Shown piece by piece: positions 39,601-49,042 of a stretch of DNA of 64,000 nt. The DNA is from Trueperaceae bacterium. GTDB lineage: Bacteria > Deinococcota > Deinococci > Deinococcales > Trueperaceae. The notes under the pieces were generated by a model. That model was not told the origin of the DNA, made no database searches, and saw only the letters and a program-made list of their open reading frames with translations. The DNA is taken from positions 2,368,001 to 2,432,000 of the forward strand of contig OZ243927.1 of assembly GCA_965213925.1 (NCBI GenBank), in the 5' to 3' direction. Every line of letters starts with the position of its first letter. Within the stretch, counting starts at the first letter, position 1. The position numbers and the translations under genes are program-made.

Positions 39601-40392
39601 ATGAATCAGCGTCAGATTGACCTTGCCCTGCTCGCCGGAATCGGCGTTCTGCTCGTCGCCATCCTCGTGCTCGCCTTGAGCGCCGCGCCTATGCGGGGCG
39701 GCTCGGCGGAAGACCCGCCTAACGCGGAGCAGACATCGAACGACGCCGCGAATCCTTCTGGAAATCCGGCGGAAAACCAAGCGGAGCAAGGGGAAGCCGC
39801 GCAGAATCAGCCCTCGGAAGAGGTGAGCGCCGTGGACGTGACGCCCGAGGAAACGAGCGCCGCTGAGGGTGTGTCCGTAGAGAACGCGGAGGACGACGCG
39901 GCGCAAACGGCTGAAGGCGACGCTGCCGAGAGCGCCGCACCCTCGGAGGGAGAAGGAGGGGGCGAAGCGGACGCCGAGGGTGCGTCAGATGCAGAGGCGA
40001 ATACCGCGGATACTGAGGCGGGCACGGAGGGCGCGCAAGCGGGCGAAGAGGCGGCGGCTCCCGTAGAGGGGGCGCAAGCTACCCCGACTGGAGCGGTCAA
40101 CTTGAGCCGCGTCGGTTTCGCGTTCATCACCGCCGAGTCGGGCGCGTGCAGCATCCCCTTACAGCCCTGGCGTCAGGTCGCAGTGAGCCGCGACCTCTTG
40201 GCACAGTACGGCTGCGGCGCGACGGTCACGCTCGACTTAGCTGACACCGTCAACGGCACACAGCAAGTTACCGCGCAGATCGCCGACACGATGAACCCGA
40301 GTTTCGAACGCACCGTGAATATCTTTGTTGGGGAGGAGGAGCCGGCGCTCGAGTACGGCATCACTACCGGCACCCTGCAAGGTGGGCCATAA
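39601..40392 (+). CDS. membrane-anchored protein with acidic linker and C-terminal 3D/DPBB-like domain
   Basis: N-terminal TM, E/A-rich linker, VAVSRDLL...IADTMNP motif; TTGACA upstream. Confidence 0.7.
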   Translation: MNQRQIDLALLAGIGVLLVAILVLALSAAPMRGGSAEDPPNAEQTSNDAANPSGNPAENQAEQGEAAQNQPSEEVSAVDVTPEETSAAEGVSVENAEDDAAQTAEGDAAESAAPSEGEGGGEADAEGASDAEANTADTEAGTEGAQAGEEAAAPVEGAQATPTGAVNLSRVGFAFITAESGACSIPLQPWRQVAVSRDLLAQYGCGATVTLDLADTVNGTQQVTAQIADTMNPSFERTVNIFVGEEEPALEYGITTGTLQGGP

Positions 40393-40498
40393 GTTGAACC
40401 TCCACGTGTTTATGTACGAGTAGCTTTACGAAAGTTGAGAGGACTGAGGTAAAAGTTTTCTCTTAGTCCTCAGTCCTTTCCTCTTGTATTCTGTTCCT

Positions 40499-40828
40499 AT
40501 GCGCCGCTTCACCGCTCAAGGAACCAACACGGGCTTCGCCTGCGTCCACTGCGGCCGCGACGTGCCGCCCCTCGCGAACGGCTCGTACCGCAACCACTGC
40601 CCGCACTGCCTCTACTCGCTTCACGTCGACGTTTTCCCCGGCGACAGGGCGAGCGACTGCGGCGGCGTGTTGGAGCCCGTGAGCGTGGATTACAGCGGCA
40701 AAAAAGGCTGGGTCATCGTTCACCACTGCCAGACGTGCGGCGAGGTGCGGCGCAACAAAGCCGCGCTCGGTGACGCGGCAATGCCCGACGATTACGACGT
40801 GATTTTGGAGCTTAGTCAGCGAGCTTAG
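40499..40828 (+). CDS. RNHCP domain protein
   Basis: CVHCG, YRNHCPHCLYSLHVD..PGDRA. Confidence 0.9.
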   Translation: MRRFTAQGTNTGFACVHCGRDVPPLANGSYRNHCPHCLYSLHVDVFPGDRASDCGGVLEPVSVDYSGKKGWVIVHHCQTCGEVRRNKAALGDAAMPDDYDVILELSQRA

Positions 40829-40908
40829 CGAGGTACACAGACGAGGTATCTGAACGGCGTGGTTTTAAGCTGGTACCTAATCGCTCGCCCCTTTCGAAAG
40901 GACCCCTT

Positions 40909-41700
40909 ATGGCTTACGCACCGCCGGACGTCGAGACGCTCGAGCTGACCCACCAAGACGCCGCCCTGCGAATCACCCTCAACCGCCCCGACGTGCTCAA
41001 CGCCCTCTCGCTAGACCTCTTAGGTGAACTGCGAGACGCGCTGCAAGAGGCGGCGGCGGCGGACGACGTTCGCGCCGTTCTCTTGACGGGCGCAGGGCGC
41101 GGCTTCTCGGCGGGCGCGGACCTCGCCTCGACGCCCGTAGACGGAAACTTCGAAGACCTCATCGAAACTTACTACAACCCCGTCGTTCGGGCTATCGCGA
41201 CGATGCCTAAGCCCGTTATCGCGGGCGTCAACGGCGTGGCGGCGGGCGCGGGAATGTCTTTAGCGCTCGCATGTGACACGCGCTTACTTTCATCCGCGGC
41301 CGCCTTCGCCGTCGGGTTCACGGGCATCGGCTTGGTCATGGACGCCTCGGCGAGCTACTTTTTGCCGCGCCTAGTCGGCCGGGGACGCGCCTTCGAACTG
41401 ACCTACACCGGGCGAAAGGTGGGAGCAGAGGAGGCGCTAAATCTAGGCTTAGCCGAGCAAATCGTTCCGGCTGAGGACTTCGCGGAGACCGCCTGGGCGC
41501 TGACCCGGCGTTTGGCGCAGGGACCCACCAAGGCGTTCGCGCTGGTCAAAGAGGAGATCAACGCCTCGGCGCATCACGACTTAGAGGCGCAGCTCGGGCT
41601 CGAGGCGAAACTCCAAGAAGTCGCCTCGAACACCGCCGACGTGCGCGAAGGGGTCGCCGCGTTTAGAGAGAAACGCGCGCCGAACTTCAAGGGTGAATAG
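40909..41700 (+). CDS. enoyl-CoA hydratase/isomerase (PaaG-like)
   Basis: LNRPDVLNAL, FSAGADL, GVAAGAG, EGVAAFREKR. Confidence 0.92.
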   Translation: MAYAPPDVETLELTHQDAALRITLNRPDVLNALSLDLLGELRDALQEAAAADDVRAVLLTGAGRGFSAGADLASTPVDGNFEDLIETYYNPVVRAIATMPKPVIAGVNGVAAGAGMSLALACDTRLLSSAAAFAVGFTGIGLVMDASASYFLPRLVGRGRAFELTYTGRKVGAEEALNLGLAEQIVPAEDFAETAWALTRRLAQGPTKAFALVKEEINASAHHDLEAQLGLEAKLQEVASNTADVREGVAAFREKRAPNFKGE

Positions 41701-41715
41701 CGTTTGAGCATATTA

Positions 41716-41932
41716 GTACACCGTTGATCAAGTTTCGCAACACTGTTGTCACCCCGTTCACGTAGTCGGGCGTAGCCTTGCGAAGCGAAGCGCAGTCGAG
41801 GGGTCTCGCCTCGCAATCTCTCACGGAGGAGAAGGCGAATGCAGAGATTCTTTCACTCCACAGCCTGCCCTGAGCAAAGTCGAATGGGTTACGTTCAGAA
41901 TGACATTACTCATTCTTTAATTAACAGAGTAG
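41716..41932. mobile_element. MITE family A, copy 3
   Basis: GTACACCGTTGATCAAG...CTTTAATTAACAGAGTAG with TTA on both flanks; shares GAGATTCTTTCACT and TTCAGAATGACA. Confidence 0.7.
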
Positions 41933-41945
41933 TTAGTATGGCGCG

Positions 41946-42488
41946 TCAGCGCTTCTTGCGCCGCCGCTTGCGTCCTTTCCACATGTGGTCAGGCTGGATA
42001 CCGTCCGCTAAGAGGTGGAGCCACTGCGAGAGGTAGTAGCCCGCGAGCGCGCCGACGGCGAGTTCTTGCCAGTTTTCACGTAAGGCTAGGCGGATGCGGA
42101 AGGTGTAGCCGAAAAAGGGCGAGAGCGCCGACACGCCCCACCCTAGCGCGAGCGCGACGAGCGCCATGTAGAGAAGGCGGGTCAGCGGACCAACGAGCCA
42201 GGAGTGCGAGAGCCCCCGGTGCTTGAAGAGCTTACCGTAAGGCACCCAGAGGAGCCCCAAGAGCCCCCAGTTACTCTTCGCGCGCACGCGGTTCTCGGCG
42301 AGGTCGAGGTCGGGGGTGACGAGATACGTGCCGGTAAAATACGCCGCCGTAAAGACGCCGACCGTTTCGGGCGCTAAGAGCACGTCGTATTCGGCGGTGT
42401 AGCCCTGCGACTGGGCGAGCGCGTAGCCGCTCACGAGAAGACCGAAGGCGGTGAGGTTGATGGCTTCGTGGGTGCGTCCGCTAGGCAT
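41946..42488 (-). CDS. DUF2227 putative metal-binding membrane protein
   Basis: MPSGRTH, PDLD, HRGLSH and HLLAD motifs. Confidence 0.88.
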   Translation of the reverse strand: MPSGRTHEAINLTAFGLLVSGYALAQSQGYTAEYDVLLAPETVGVFTAAYFTGTYLVTPDLDLAENRVRAKSNWGLLGLLWVPYGKLFKHRGLSHSWLVGPLTRLLYMALVALALGWGVSALSPFFGYTFRIRLALRENWQELAVGALAGYYLSQWLHLLADGIQPDHMWKGRKRRRKKR

Positions 42489-42754
42489 CTCTTCACCATA
42501 AAGGCTGAAGGTGAAAGGAGCCGTAAGGGAGTTCTCGCTTCTGTTCAGGCTCGAGCATGACTTCGCAGGATTAAAAAATCGGGGTCGTGGCGCTATCTGG
42601 AACGGTGCAAGGGTCAGATTAAAGGGTTGCAAAGGTCTGGTTGTAGTAGCGCGCCTCGACGGGAGTACGCAGAAACATTCGACTTGGAGCCGCTGACATC
42701 TCAACGGGAAGCTAACTCATGGTGACGCCTAACCCCGGGTTGCTACACTGTCCT

Positions 42755-44011
42755 ATGAAAACTACAGTATACCTATGCAGCCTTTGGTTGCTGCTCTTGA
42801 GCACGGCTGCGGCGCAGCGCATCGCTTACGTGACGCCGGCGGGCGAGCTGGCGACGGTGGAGCCGGACGGATCGCAAACAAGAATTCTTGCGGAACCGGG
42901 ACGCTACCAGTTCCCGGCGTGGTCACCTGACGGCGAGCGGATTGCCGTTATCGGCGCGGACGCGGAGGGCGCGGCCGTCTTTAGCGTCGCGGACGCGGCG
43001 TGGGGCGAACCCGCGCGTCACTACAGCAGCCAACGCGAAGCGCCCATCTATCTCTACTGGTCGCCCGACTCCGAGACCATCAGCTTTCTCGCCAACCGCC
43101 CCGAGGTCGGGCTAGCGCTGCACCTCGCGCCTGTGAGCCGCGAGGACAACCCCGAAGAGAGCCGACTTCTCTCGACGGGGAGCCCTTTTTACTGGCAGTG
43201 GACCGAGGACGCGCAGCGTTTGCTCGTGCATACCGGACTGACGGGAGAGGACGCGCGGCTCGGCTTCATGGCGGCGGCGGAGGATAACCTCACCGAAAAC
43301 CTCTCCAACCCCGGGCTCTTCCAAGCGCCGGGCATCTCGGCGAGTGGCGACTACATCGCCTACGCGGAGATAGACGCTGCGGGGCGCGGTCGCGTCGTCT
43401 TAGCGGACACAACGGAAGGGGCAGGCGAAAGCGAGCGGCGTGAGGTGCCGCACCAGGGGCTCGTCGCCCTGTCGTGGAGCCCCGCTGAGGACACGCTCGC
43501 GCTGATGAGCCCGCCCGTTGCTGCGCCGCATACCTACGGACCGATTCGCCTCCTAGACGCCGCGACGGGCGACCTGACGCCGCTCGTCGAGGAGGTCGCC
43601 ATCGCCTTTTTCTGGTCGCCGGACGGCAGCAAAATCGCCTACCTCTCGCCGCTGACAAGCGAGGACGAGGGACAACAGGCGCGAGCGCCGATGACGCAGG
43701 TCAGCTTGCGTACCCCAACCTCCCAGCCCAGGGCTCCGCTGCTCCTCAACCTCTCGGTTGTTGATGTGGCGAGCGGCGTGAGCGAGCGGCTCACGACCTT
43801 CGCGCCGAGCCCTCTGTTCATCGGTCAATATCTGCCCTTTTTCGACCAGTACGCGCTCAGCCACCGCCTCTGGTCGCCAGCGAGCGACGCGCTCGCACTG
43901 CCGATGTTGACGGTGGAGGACGGGCAACCGAGGTCACAAGTGGTCGTCGTGCCCCTTCAAGGGGAGCCGCGTCCTATCGTGCCGGGTGACATGCCGTCTT
44001 GGAGTCCCTAA
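42755..44011 (+). CDS. secreted TolB-like beta-propeller protein
   Basis: Signal peptide; repeated WSPD motifs; TACACT 5 nt before ATG. Confidence 0.8.
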   Translation: MKTTVYLCSLWLLLLSTAAAQRIAYVTPAGELATVEPDGSQTRILAEPGRYQFPAWSPDGERIAVIGADAEGAAVFSVADAAWGEPARHYSSQREAPIYLYWSPDSETISFLANRPEVGLALHLAPVSREDNPEESRLLSTGSPFYWQWTEDAQRLLVHTGLTGEDARLGFMAAAEDNLTENLSNPGLFQAPGISASGDYIAYAEIDAAGRGRVVLADTTEGAGESERREVPHQGLVALSWSPAEDTLALMSPPVAAPHTYGPIRLLDAATGDLTPLVEEVAIAFFWSPDGSKIAYLSPLTSEDEGQQARAPMTQVSLRTPTSQPRAPLLLNLSVVDVASGVSERLTTFAPSPLFIGQYLPFFDQYALSHRLWSPASDALALPMLTVEDGQPRSQVVVVPLQGEPRPIVPGDMPSWSP

Positions 44012-44240
44012 CGTCCGTTCAATGAGGTGCGTCTGCTTTAGATGTCGAGCTGAGTCTGCGAGCTACCGAACTGCGCTCGAGAGGTCTTGAAAGATACCTA
44101 CACTACGAGTTCCTGGGCGTTCCTCAAGATAACCTCACGAGTCCCCAAGAGGTCGAGTGAGGTGAGCCGAGTGGTGAAGCGGTCAACCTACACGAAAAAG
44201 CGCACCTCGAGGTGCGCTTTTAAGCGTTTAGAACGCGGTA

Positions 44241-46688
44241 TTACTGGGAGAGAAACTCTGGCGCGAGCGCGACCGACTCGGCGTTATCGACGTCTACCGA
44301 TGTAGACGGTTTAATGTTCCAGTCGCCCTTGTCGTAATCTAGGATGTTATTGAACGCGAGCACGCTGTCCTTGGTCTTCTCCGCGACGAAAAGGGTTTCG
44401 CCGTCAAAGGTGATGTCTACTGGGTTACCCAGTGTCGTATTGGGTCCGCGCACGCGCGCGCTCACTTCAACATCGCCATTCGCACTGCTCGCGTCGGTCA
44501 GGACGTAAAGTGCGCCGTCCGCGTCGAACCCGTCTTGGTCGGGCGTGGTCGCCGCGCCTACGTCCGAGAGGATGAGCAGGTCTTGGTCCGCGACGTGGAC
44601 GATACCGTGCAGGTTCGCTGAGGCCTTTTCGCCCGCTCTCGTCGGGGTGATTTCGCGCTCGGGACCGTCATCATAGTCTTCGGTGTAGTTTTCATAAACG
44701 AGCACGACGCCGTCCGTTCCCGCCGCGAAGAGGGTGTCGCTCGCGGGGTCGTAGTCCAAGTCCCAGACGCTGCGCTCGTCGTTGCCGAGGTCGGTGGTGT
44801 AGCGCGGGGCGGCGTTGCCCTCCGCGTCAGTGCTGAACACCTTGATGTCCTTTGCGCCGAAGTCAGCGACGATGACGATACCTAGCGAACTTACGACGTC
44901 CAACCCTTTGGGCGCGACGAGGTTTGTCTTATCGCCCATGATAGTGCGGCTTTCTTCAACCTCTCCGCCGTCCTGCGCTGCTAAGCCATCGACGAATAAG
45001 ATGCCGCCTTCGCTAGGCGTGTCGCCATTGTCAAAGGTAAGGTAGCCGTTCCCACTAGTATCAAAGGTGAGGTTCTCGGGGTTGCTGGTCACGTCTGACG
45101 TGTCGAACGCGCCGAGGCTTTCCGAGAGGTCGGGCGCTAACTTGACGACGAAATCGTCGCCCGACTCGGGCGCGTTGCTGACCGCGAAGAGCGCGTCGAT
45201 CTCTATTTCGGCGTCGTCGATGTCGGTCACGTCAGGGTTTTGTGTAGGCTCAGGAGTGGGTTCTGGGTTGGGCTCGGGGCTTGGCTCAGGCGCGTCGAAG
45301 TCCATCGGCGCAGCCACGAGCGACTCGGGCTTCGTCTCGGGCTTGACCAGGTCCGGCATGACCTCGCCGTCCGGTGCGTCCGGCGCGAAGAAGTCGTCGA
45401 AGATGAGCAAGACATCGTTGGCTTTTTCAGCGATGCGAACCTCGTCGTAACCGTTGAAGATCACATCAACTGGGTTGCCGAGGAGTGTCCAGCGACCTCT
45501 GATAAGGCGGTCCGGGGTAGCGTTGCCGTCCAAGGTGCTCGCGTTTAGGAAAGCGTAGATGCTGCCGTCAGTCTTGAAGCCGGGCTGGTCAGGCGTGGTC
45601 GCCGCGCCGACGTCCGTGACGACGAGTGTGTCCGAGCCTGAGTCGTAGGCGACGCCGTGGATGTTGTCCGAGATTTTTTCGCCGTCTTGAGCGGGGGTGA
45701 TGAGGCGGCTGGGGCCATTCGCGCCGTAGTCCTCTAGGTAGCTGTCAAAGACGCCGATGGTACCGTCCGTGATCGCAACGAAAAGGCGGTCCGTGTTCGG
45801 GTCGTAAGCGACGTCCCAGGGCGCGGCGTCCAGCGCGGTCGTGGCAACAGGTGAAGCGTTGCCGCTGTCTGAAGCGTTAAAGACCTTGAGGTCGCCGTCG
45901 CCGAAGTCGGCGGCGATGATGAGACCCGCGTCCTCGGCTAGCTCGATACCCTTAGGAGCCACGAGACCGGTTGCGTCACCGCTGATCTCACGGTCTAGCT
46001 CAGGGTCGAATTCGCTTGCGTTCTCCGGTCTGTCGTAGAGCTGCGCAATGATGCGGATGCTGGGGCCGTTTTCCCCGTCGCCCGCTTGGTACACGTTGCC
46101 GAAGTGGTCCACCTCAACGCCCTCGTTGTTGCCCGCGTTAAAGGTGCTCTGTAACTCGAAGCGCTGGTTGAAGGTGTCGATGAGACCGGCGTTTTCCGGG
46201 CCGTTATTGGAGACATAAACAGTGCGCTCGTCGGGAACGAAGCCGCCGGACGCAGGATTCACAACCACCACGACGACAACAGTGAGCGTGTCGCCGTCCG
46301 TCGTTTGGACGGTGATGGTGACCGTGTAGCCGCCCATCGCGAGGTCGGAGAGGTCAATCGTGAAGGTGCCGCCGTCCAGCGTGACGGGGTTGTCCGCGCT
46401 GATGACCTCGTCGGTACTGCCTTGCACGGTGTAGCGCATGTTCGTTACCGGGACGCTCACGGTGCCCGCGAGGGTCAGTGCGTCGCCGCTCAACATGAGC
46501 GTGCAGTCGCCCGAGACGTCCGTGCAGACGGCGGGCTCGCTCAGCGTCACGGGGGACGCGCTTGGGTCATTTGGTGCTGGCTCGGTTGGCTCAGTGAACG
46601 GCGTGCCGCACGCGGCGAGCAGTCCGGCGGTGAGGAGGAATACTAGTAGTCGGTATGGACGTTTCTCTTTGCGGGTTGGTTGCGTCAT
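44241..46688 (-). CDS. acidic lipoprotein: Ig-like domain plus two tandem beta-propeller repeats
   Basis: Lipobox LAAC; duplicated LVAPKG, WD..YDP..D.LF.A.TDG, DVGAATTPDQ.GF..DG, LGNPVD blocks separated by a PE linker. Confidence 0.8.
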   Translation of the reverse strand: MTQPTRKEKRPYRLLVFLLTAGLLAACGTPFTEPTEPAPNDPSASPVTLSEPAVCTDVSGDCTLMLSGDALTLAGTVSVPVTNMRYTVQGSTDEVISADNPVTLDGGTFTIDLSDLAMGGYTVTITVQTTDGDTLTVVVVVVVNPASGGFVPDERTVYVSNNGPENAGLIDTFNQRFELQSTFNAGNNEGVEVDHFGNVYQAGDGENGPSIRIIAQLYDRPENASEFDPELDREISGDATGLVAPKGIELAEDAGLIIAADFGDGDLKVFNASDSGNASPVATTALDAAPWDVAYDPNTDRLFVAITDGTIGVFDSYLEDYGANGPSRLITPAQDGEKISDNIHGVAYDSGSDTLVVTDVGAATTPDQPGFKTDGSIYAFLNASTLDGNATPDRLIRGRWTLLGNPVDVIFNGYDEVRIAEKANDVLLIFDDFFAPDAPDGEVMPDLVKPETKPESLVAAPMDFDAPEPSPEPNPEPTPEPTQNPDVTDIDDAEIEIDALFAVSNAPESGDDFVVKLAPDLSESLGAFDTSDVTSNPENLTFDTSGNGYLTFDNGDTPSEGGILFVDGLAAQDGGEVEESRTIMGDKTNLVAPKGLDVVSSLGIVIVADFGAKDIKVFSTDAEGNAAPRYTTDLGNDERSVWDLDYDPASDTLFAAGTDGVVLVYENYTEDYDDGPEREITPTRAGEKASANLHGIVHVADQDLLILSDVGAATTPDQDGFDADGALYVLTDASSANGDVEVSARVRGPNTTLGNPVDITFDGETLFVAEKTKDSVLAFNNILDYDKGDWNIKPSTSVDVDNAESVALAPEFLSQ

Positions 46689-46845
46689 TGTTTCCTCTCG
46701 CGAGTCGCGTTGAGATGATCTGAGGTTTCTTTAGGCTCGAGATGTTGCCGAGGTGAAAAGCTTCTCTAGGGCTGCCTCCTCCTGAACTAGAACGCGCCGC
46801 CGAGCCGCTAGCTGACCCTCGGCGCTTTTTCCCTTTAACTCACCT

Positions 46846-46871
46846 AACGCATGAAATTTCACTTTGGATGC
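46846..46871 (-). promoter_or_regulatory. putative ECF-sigma promoter for the lipoprotein gene
   Basis: Minus strand GCATCC-N16-CGTT, matching motifs at 46940 and 47217. Confidence 0.55.
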
Positions 46872-46939
46872 GTCCGCGTGATGAAATTCGGCGCTGCACA
46901 GCCCGAGTGAGCGAAGAGGGAAGACAGACGGCTTCTCGC

Positions 46940-46965
46940 GCATCTAAAACGCTCTGGCGCGCGTT
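46940..46965 (+). promoter_or_regulatory. putative ECF-sigma promoter
   Basis: GCATCT-N16-CGTT upstream of the 74-aa ORF. Confidence 0.5.
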
Positions 46966-47006
46966 TCTTTACAGATGAAGCGTGAGGAAAGGGCATTGAC
47001 GACGCT

Positions 47007-47231
47007 ATGGTAAAACGTAGATACAGTGCGGAAGCCGGCGTAGGGGTGAAGCTGAGCGACATCCAGTGTCTCCCGAAAGATGACCTCTTGGTCCTTATCC
47101 ACCAGGTCGAGGAAGCGGTCGTCCGAGGTACGGCGCAGATGAGGGACTACGAGACGTTCGTGCGCTGCCAAAAGGAGCTGTTGAGGCGTGAATTTTTCCA
47201 CTTTGAACGTGACAAAGCATCCAAACCCTGA
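47007..47231 (+). CDS. small hypothetical protein
   Basis: Amphipathic 74-aa ORF after a promoter motif; true start may be the GTG near 47046. Confidence 0.45.
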   Translation: MVKRRYSAEAGVGVKLSDIQCLPKDDLLVLIHQVEEAVVRGTAQMRDYETFVRCQKELLRREFFHFERDKASKP

Positions 47232-47243
47232 GGTGCGCGCGTA
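47217..47243 (+). promoter_or_regulatory. putative autoregulatory ECF-sigma promoter
   Basis: GCATCC-N17-CGTA just upstream of the sigma gene. Confidence 0.55.
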
Positions 47244-47257
47244 AAGATGGGTAGAGC

Positions 47258-47851
47258 GTGAAGGGCTCGCCGCCAGATTTGCCGCCAGATTCGTCAGTCG
47301 ACCCGCCGGTGGACCCGGAGGCAGCCCTCGTCATCCGTCTAGGGCGCGGCGACGAAAGCGCCCTGGATGAGCTTTACACTCGTCTAGGTGGAGGCGTTTT
47401 TGCACTAGCGTTCGAGTTACTCAGGAGCAGAGAGGAGACTGAAGAGGTCGTGCAAGATACGTTCCTAACGTTGTGCCGCAAAGCGCACCTCTACAACACG
47501 CCCGAACGCTCGCCTCGAGCCTTCGTCTTCACCGTCGCGCGCAATAAAGCGCTCTCGAGGCTGAGACGGCGCAAAGCGCGTCCTACCAAAGCGAGCGGCT
47601 GGGACGTGCACGAGCCCAGCGTCCCCTTCGTCGCGCCTCAGAGCGAGCAGACGACGCGCCTCTACGCCCAAGACCTCTTGGCGACGCTGAGTGGCGAGGA
47701 GCGGGAGCTTGTCGAGGGCGCGTTCTACAAGGGGTACACGCACGCCGAACTCGCCGAACTGACCGGGCTGCCCCTGGGCACCTTGAAGAGCAAGCTGCGC
47801 CGCGCGCTGCTCAAACTCAGAGATCACGCAAAAGCAGGGACGAAGCGATGA
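47258..47851 (+). CDS. ECF RNA polymerase sigma factor (SigK-like)
   Basis: EEVVQDTF, VARNKA and YTHAELAE.TGLPLGTLKS motifs. Confidence 0.93.
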   Translation: MKGSPPDLPPDSSVDPPVDPEAALVIRLGRGDESALDELYTRLGGGVFALAFELLRSREETEEVVQDTFLTLCRKAHLYNTPERSPRAFVFTVARNKALSRLRRRKARPTKASGWDVHEPSVPFVAPQSEQTTRLYAQDLLATLSGEERELVEGAFYKGYTHAELAELTGLPLGTLKSKLRRALLKLRDHAKAGTKR

Positions 47852-48936
47852 GTGAGCCTCTGACCATGTCGAGCGACCATCCCAAAGACCTCTTGCCCGA
47901 CTACGTGCTGGGACTGCTCACCCCCGCAGAGGTCGCCGCGGTCGAGGCGCACCTAGCGGGTTGCGCCGAATGTCAAAACGAGGCGTGGGACCTAGCCGAG
48001 CCGCTCGTCGTGCTGAGCGAAGCATTGCCGAGCGAGCCGCCACCCGAGCGCCTTTTACGGGCGGTCAAAGCGGAGCTGGCGGGCGCGCGACTCCCTGAAC
48101 TTGCCGAATTTGTGTCGGATGAGCCTCGAGGCGGTAAAGCCAGCGAGGTCCGTGACACCACACCCCTTCCGCTGCCGACGACGCGACCAAGCGTGTCTTA
48201 CGCTTGGCCGCTCGCCGCTGCTTTCGCGTTTGTGCTCGCCCTTGGTGGGTTCTTGTGGGGCTTCGATACCTACGGAACCCTCCAGCAAGTCCGCGCCGAC
48301 GAACGCCTCTTGAGCCATTACCTCGCGCGCCCAGAGGTACAAAAGGTCGTGCTCGAGAACGTCTTAACAAGCGACCGCACCGAGCCTATCGGCAGCGCCC
48401 TTTTAGTCTCGGAAAGACCCGCCGAGGTGCTCTTCGTGCTCAGTGAGAACGCACCTCAAGGGCGCACCTACCAAGCCTGGGGGCATACCAGCAGCGACTG
48501 GGACCCGGAAGGTGGGGAGACTTTGGAGTCCCTTCTCACCTCGCGAGACGACGTCTTTGAAGTGGACGCGGGCGGATTCGCCTCGCTCTACTTGAGCCTC
48601 GAGCCCGCTGGCGGCAGCCCGCAACCGACGAACCCGCTGAGCAAAGTGTCACTCCTCAACCCGGTCGCGAACGCGCCCCTCGAGATCACTACGCCCGAAG
48701 ACGGCAGCACCGTGTCGGCGGACAGCCTCATCGTCAGCGGCGCGCTCGACCCCTCCATAAGAGACCTCAGCTACACCCTGAATGGCGGCGAGCCCACCCG
48801 AACGAGCGCGGCGAACAACCGCTTCAGCTTCACGGTAAACGGGCTGCGCGAGGGGCAAAATACGCTCGAGGTCGTCGCCACGGACAGAAACGGCGAGCGT
48901 GTAACCGCGTCTGTGCAGGTGACCTATACGCCCTAA
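47848..48936 (+). CDS. RskA-like anti-sigma factor with zinc-finger, TM and extra C-terminal Ig-like domain
   Basis: HLAGCAEC (ZAS), TM helix, YQAW and SLEPAGGSPQPT RskA motifs, then GLREGQNTLEVVATD. Confidence 0.88.
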   Translation: MSEPLTMSSDHPKDLLPDYVLGLLTPAEVAAVEAHLAGCAECQNEAWDLAEPLVVLSEALPSEPPPERLLRAVKAELAGARLPELAEFVSDEPRGGKASEVRDTTPLPLPTTRPSVSYAWPLAAAFAFVLALGGFLWGFDTYGTLQQVRADERLLSHYLARPEVQKVVLENVLTSDRTEPIGSALLVSERPAEVLFVLSENAPQGRTYQAWGHTSSDWDPEGGETLESLLTSRDDVFEVDAGGFASLYLSLEPAGGSPQPTNPLSKVSLLNPVANAPLEITTPEDGSTVSADSLIVSGALDPSIRDLSYTLNGGEPTRTSAANNRFSFTVNGLREGQNTLEVVATDRNGERVTASVQVTYTP

Positions 48937-49042
48937 CGCTCGTCACCCAACCTCACCCCAACTTTGTACTTCCCCTTGCACTGTGACCTCCATGACGAGC
49001 TGTTAAACTGTCCTTGCGGACCAAATCAGGGAGGCTTGTGCT

